Source: Polyangiaceae bacterium (GTDB lineage: Bacteria; Myxococcota_A; Polyangia; Polyangiales; Polyangiaceae). Taken from it: a stretch of DNA of 64,000 bases. Below, piece by piece: positions 62,833 through 64,000 of this stretch; positions within the stretch are counted from its first letter, which is position 1; each line of letters begins with the position of its first letter. Where the stretch lies: contig JBGANF010000007.1 in the NCBI GenBank assembly GCA_044222475.1, positions 32,001 through 96,000 of the forward strand, read 5' to 3'. The notes under the pieces were generated by a model, which saw only the letters and a list, made by a program, of their open reading frames with translations, was not told the origin of the DNA and did no database searches. The translations under genes and the position numbers were made by a program.

Positions 62833-63840
62833 TCAGCTCTTCGCGATCTCGTCGCACAGCGCATCGGTGAACTGAGCCGTCGTCGCGGTGCCGCCGAGGT
62901 CGCCGGTGCGCACCTTCTTCTGCGAGTAGATCGACGTCAGCGCCTTCTCGATCTTCGTCGCCGTCGTGATCTCGCCGACGTGGCGGAGCATCATGATCGC
63001 GCTCTGAATCACCGCCGTCGGATTGGCGATCCCCTGCCCCGCGATGTCCGGTGCGCTGCCGTGCACGGCCTCGAAGACGGCCGCTTCCTTGCCGATGTTC
63101 GCGCCGGGGACGATCCCGAGGCCGCCGACGAGCCCCGCACCGAGGTCGGACAGAATGTCGCCGTAGAGGTTCTCGGTCACGATGACGTCGAGCTTGTTCG
63201 CGCTCTTCACCATCTGCATGGCGCACGCGTCGACGATGATCTCGGCTGGCTCGATCGTCGGGTGCTTCTGCGAGATTTTGCGGAAGCAGTCGAGGAGAAG
63301 CCCATCGGAGAGCTTCATGATGTTCGCCTTGTGGACGACGGTGACGCGCTTGCGGCCGGTGCGCTCCGCGTACTCGAATGCGTAATCGCAGATGCGGTTG
63401 CAGCCTCGCTCGGTGATGAGCTTGATGGACTGCGCGATGCCCGGCATGATCATGAGCTCGAGGCCGGCGTAGAGATCTTCGGTGTTCTCGCGAACGATGA
63501 CGATGTCGGTACCTTCGAAGCGAGGCTCGACGCCGGGCAAGCTCCGGATGGGGCGCACGTTGGCGTAGAGATCGAGCGTCTGCCGCAGCGTCACGTTGAC
63601 GCTCTTGAAGCCCTTGCCGATCGGCGTGCCGATGGGGCCTTTGAGCGCGACCTTGTTCTTGACGATCGAGTCGAGGACCTCCTGCGGGAGCGTCGTGCCG
63701 GTCTTCTCGGCGACCGCGGCGCCCGCGTTGAGGACCTCCCACTCGATCGCGACGCCGGCCGCCTCGAGGACCCGCTGCGTCGCAGCGCACACTTCGGGTC
63801 CGATTCCGTCCCCCGGAATGAGAGTGATGGTGTGCTTCAC
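62833..63840 (-). CDS. Isocitrate/isopropylmalate dehydrogenase family (NAD-IDH-like)
   Basis: IPGDGIGPEV, S.NV.LR..LDLYANVRP, RENTEDLY, HKANIMK, NLYGDILSD and EAVHGSAPDIAG motifs. Confidence 0.94.
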   Translation of the reverse strand: MKHTITLIPGDGIGPEVCAATQRVLEAAGVAIEWEVLNAGAAVAEKTGTTLPQEVLDSIVKNKVALKGPIGTPIGKGFKSVNVTLRQTLDLYANVRPIRSLPGVEPRFEGTDIVIVRENTEDLYAGLELMIMPGIAQSIKLITERGCNRICDYAFEYAERTGRKRVTVVHKANIMKLSDGLLLDCFRKISQKHPTIEPAEIIVDACAMQMVKSANKLDVIVTENLYGDILSDLGAGLVGGLGIVPGANIGKEAAVFEAVHGSAPDIAGQGIANPTAVIQSAIMMLRHVGEITTATKIEKALTSIYSQKKVRTGDLGGTATTAQFTDALCDEIAKS

Positions 63841-63872
63841 AGGACGAGCGAGTCTAGTACAAGGGGAAACCG

Positions 63873-64000
63873 ATGCGATCGTTTCGTACCTCCGGAAATG
63901 GCATTTCGCTGAACGTCCTGGAGTGGCCAGCGGCGAACGGGGCGCCCGCCCTACCCACGGTGCTCCTCCTCCACGGCTTCATGGACGCGGCCGCGACGTG
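63873..64000 (+). CDS. Alpha/beta hydrolase, N-terminal fragment
   Basis: MRSFRTSGNGISLNVLEW...PTVLLLHGFMDAAAT(W), running off the window end. Confidence 0.75.
   Translation, partial: MRSFRTSGNGISLNVLEWPAANGAPALPTVLLLHGFMDAAAT

Overview
GC-rich bacterial chromosomal DNA, very likely from a myxobacterium (Polyangiaceae/Labilithrix-like). The assignment rests on a CarF desaturase, a myxosortase-like protease, a MYXO-CTERM protein, several eukaryote-like Ser/Thr kinases and PP2C phosphatases, and about 15 Cys-rich lipoproteins. About 50 CDS are supported. Housekeeping and repair genes include ruvB, birA, nadC, a fused double UvrA, an AlkZ-like glycosylase, Fpg/Nei, GTP-PEPCK and an isocitrate/isopropylmalate dehydrogenase. 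The window also carries many secreted or surface proteins, a CzcCBA-type metal efflux operon with a nearby OmpR/CusS-type two-component system, and a prokaryotic pentameric ligand-gated ion channel. I saw no rRNA, tRNA, CRISPR array, integrase or transposase. Most notable observations: (1) two IgGFc-binding lipoprotein paralogs carry two internal blocks in swapped order; (2) a signal-anchored upstream ORF ending Pro-Pro-stop can pair with the Shine-Dalgarno of czcC, a candidate arrest-peptide switch; (3) two tiny insertion-like elements sit at junctions of the czc operon; (4) a G8 tract puts a lipoprotein signal peptide out of frame; (5) TAnnnT boxes 6-9 nt before many start codons suggest widespread leaderless mRNAs. 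All calls come from motif reading by eye; no database searches were run.
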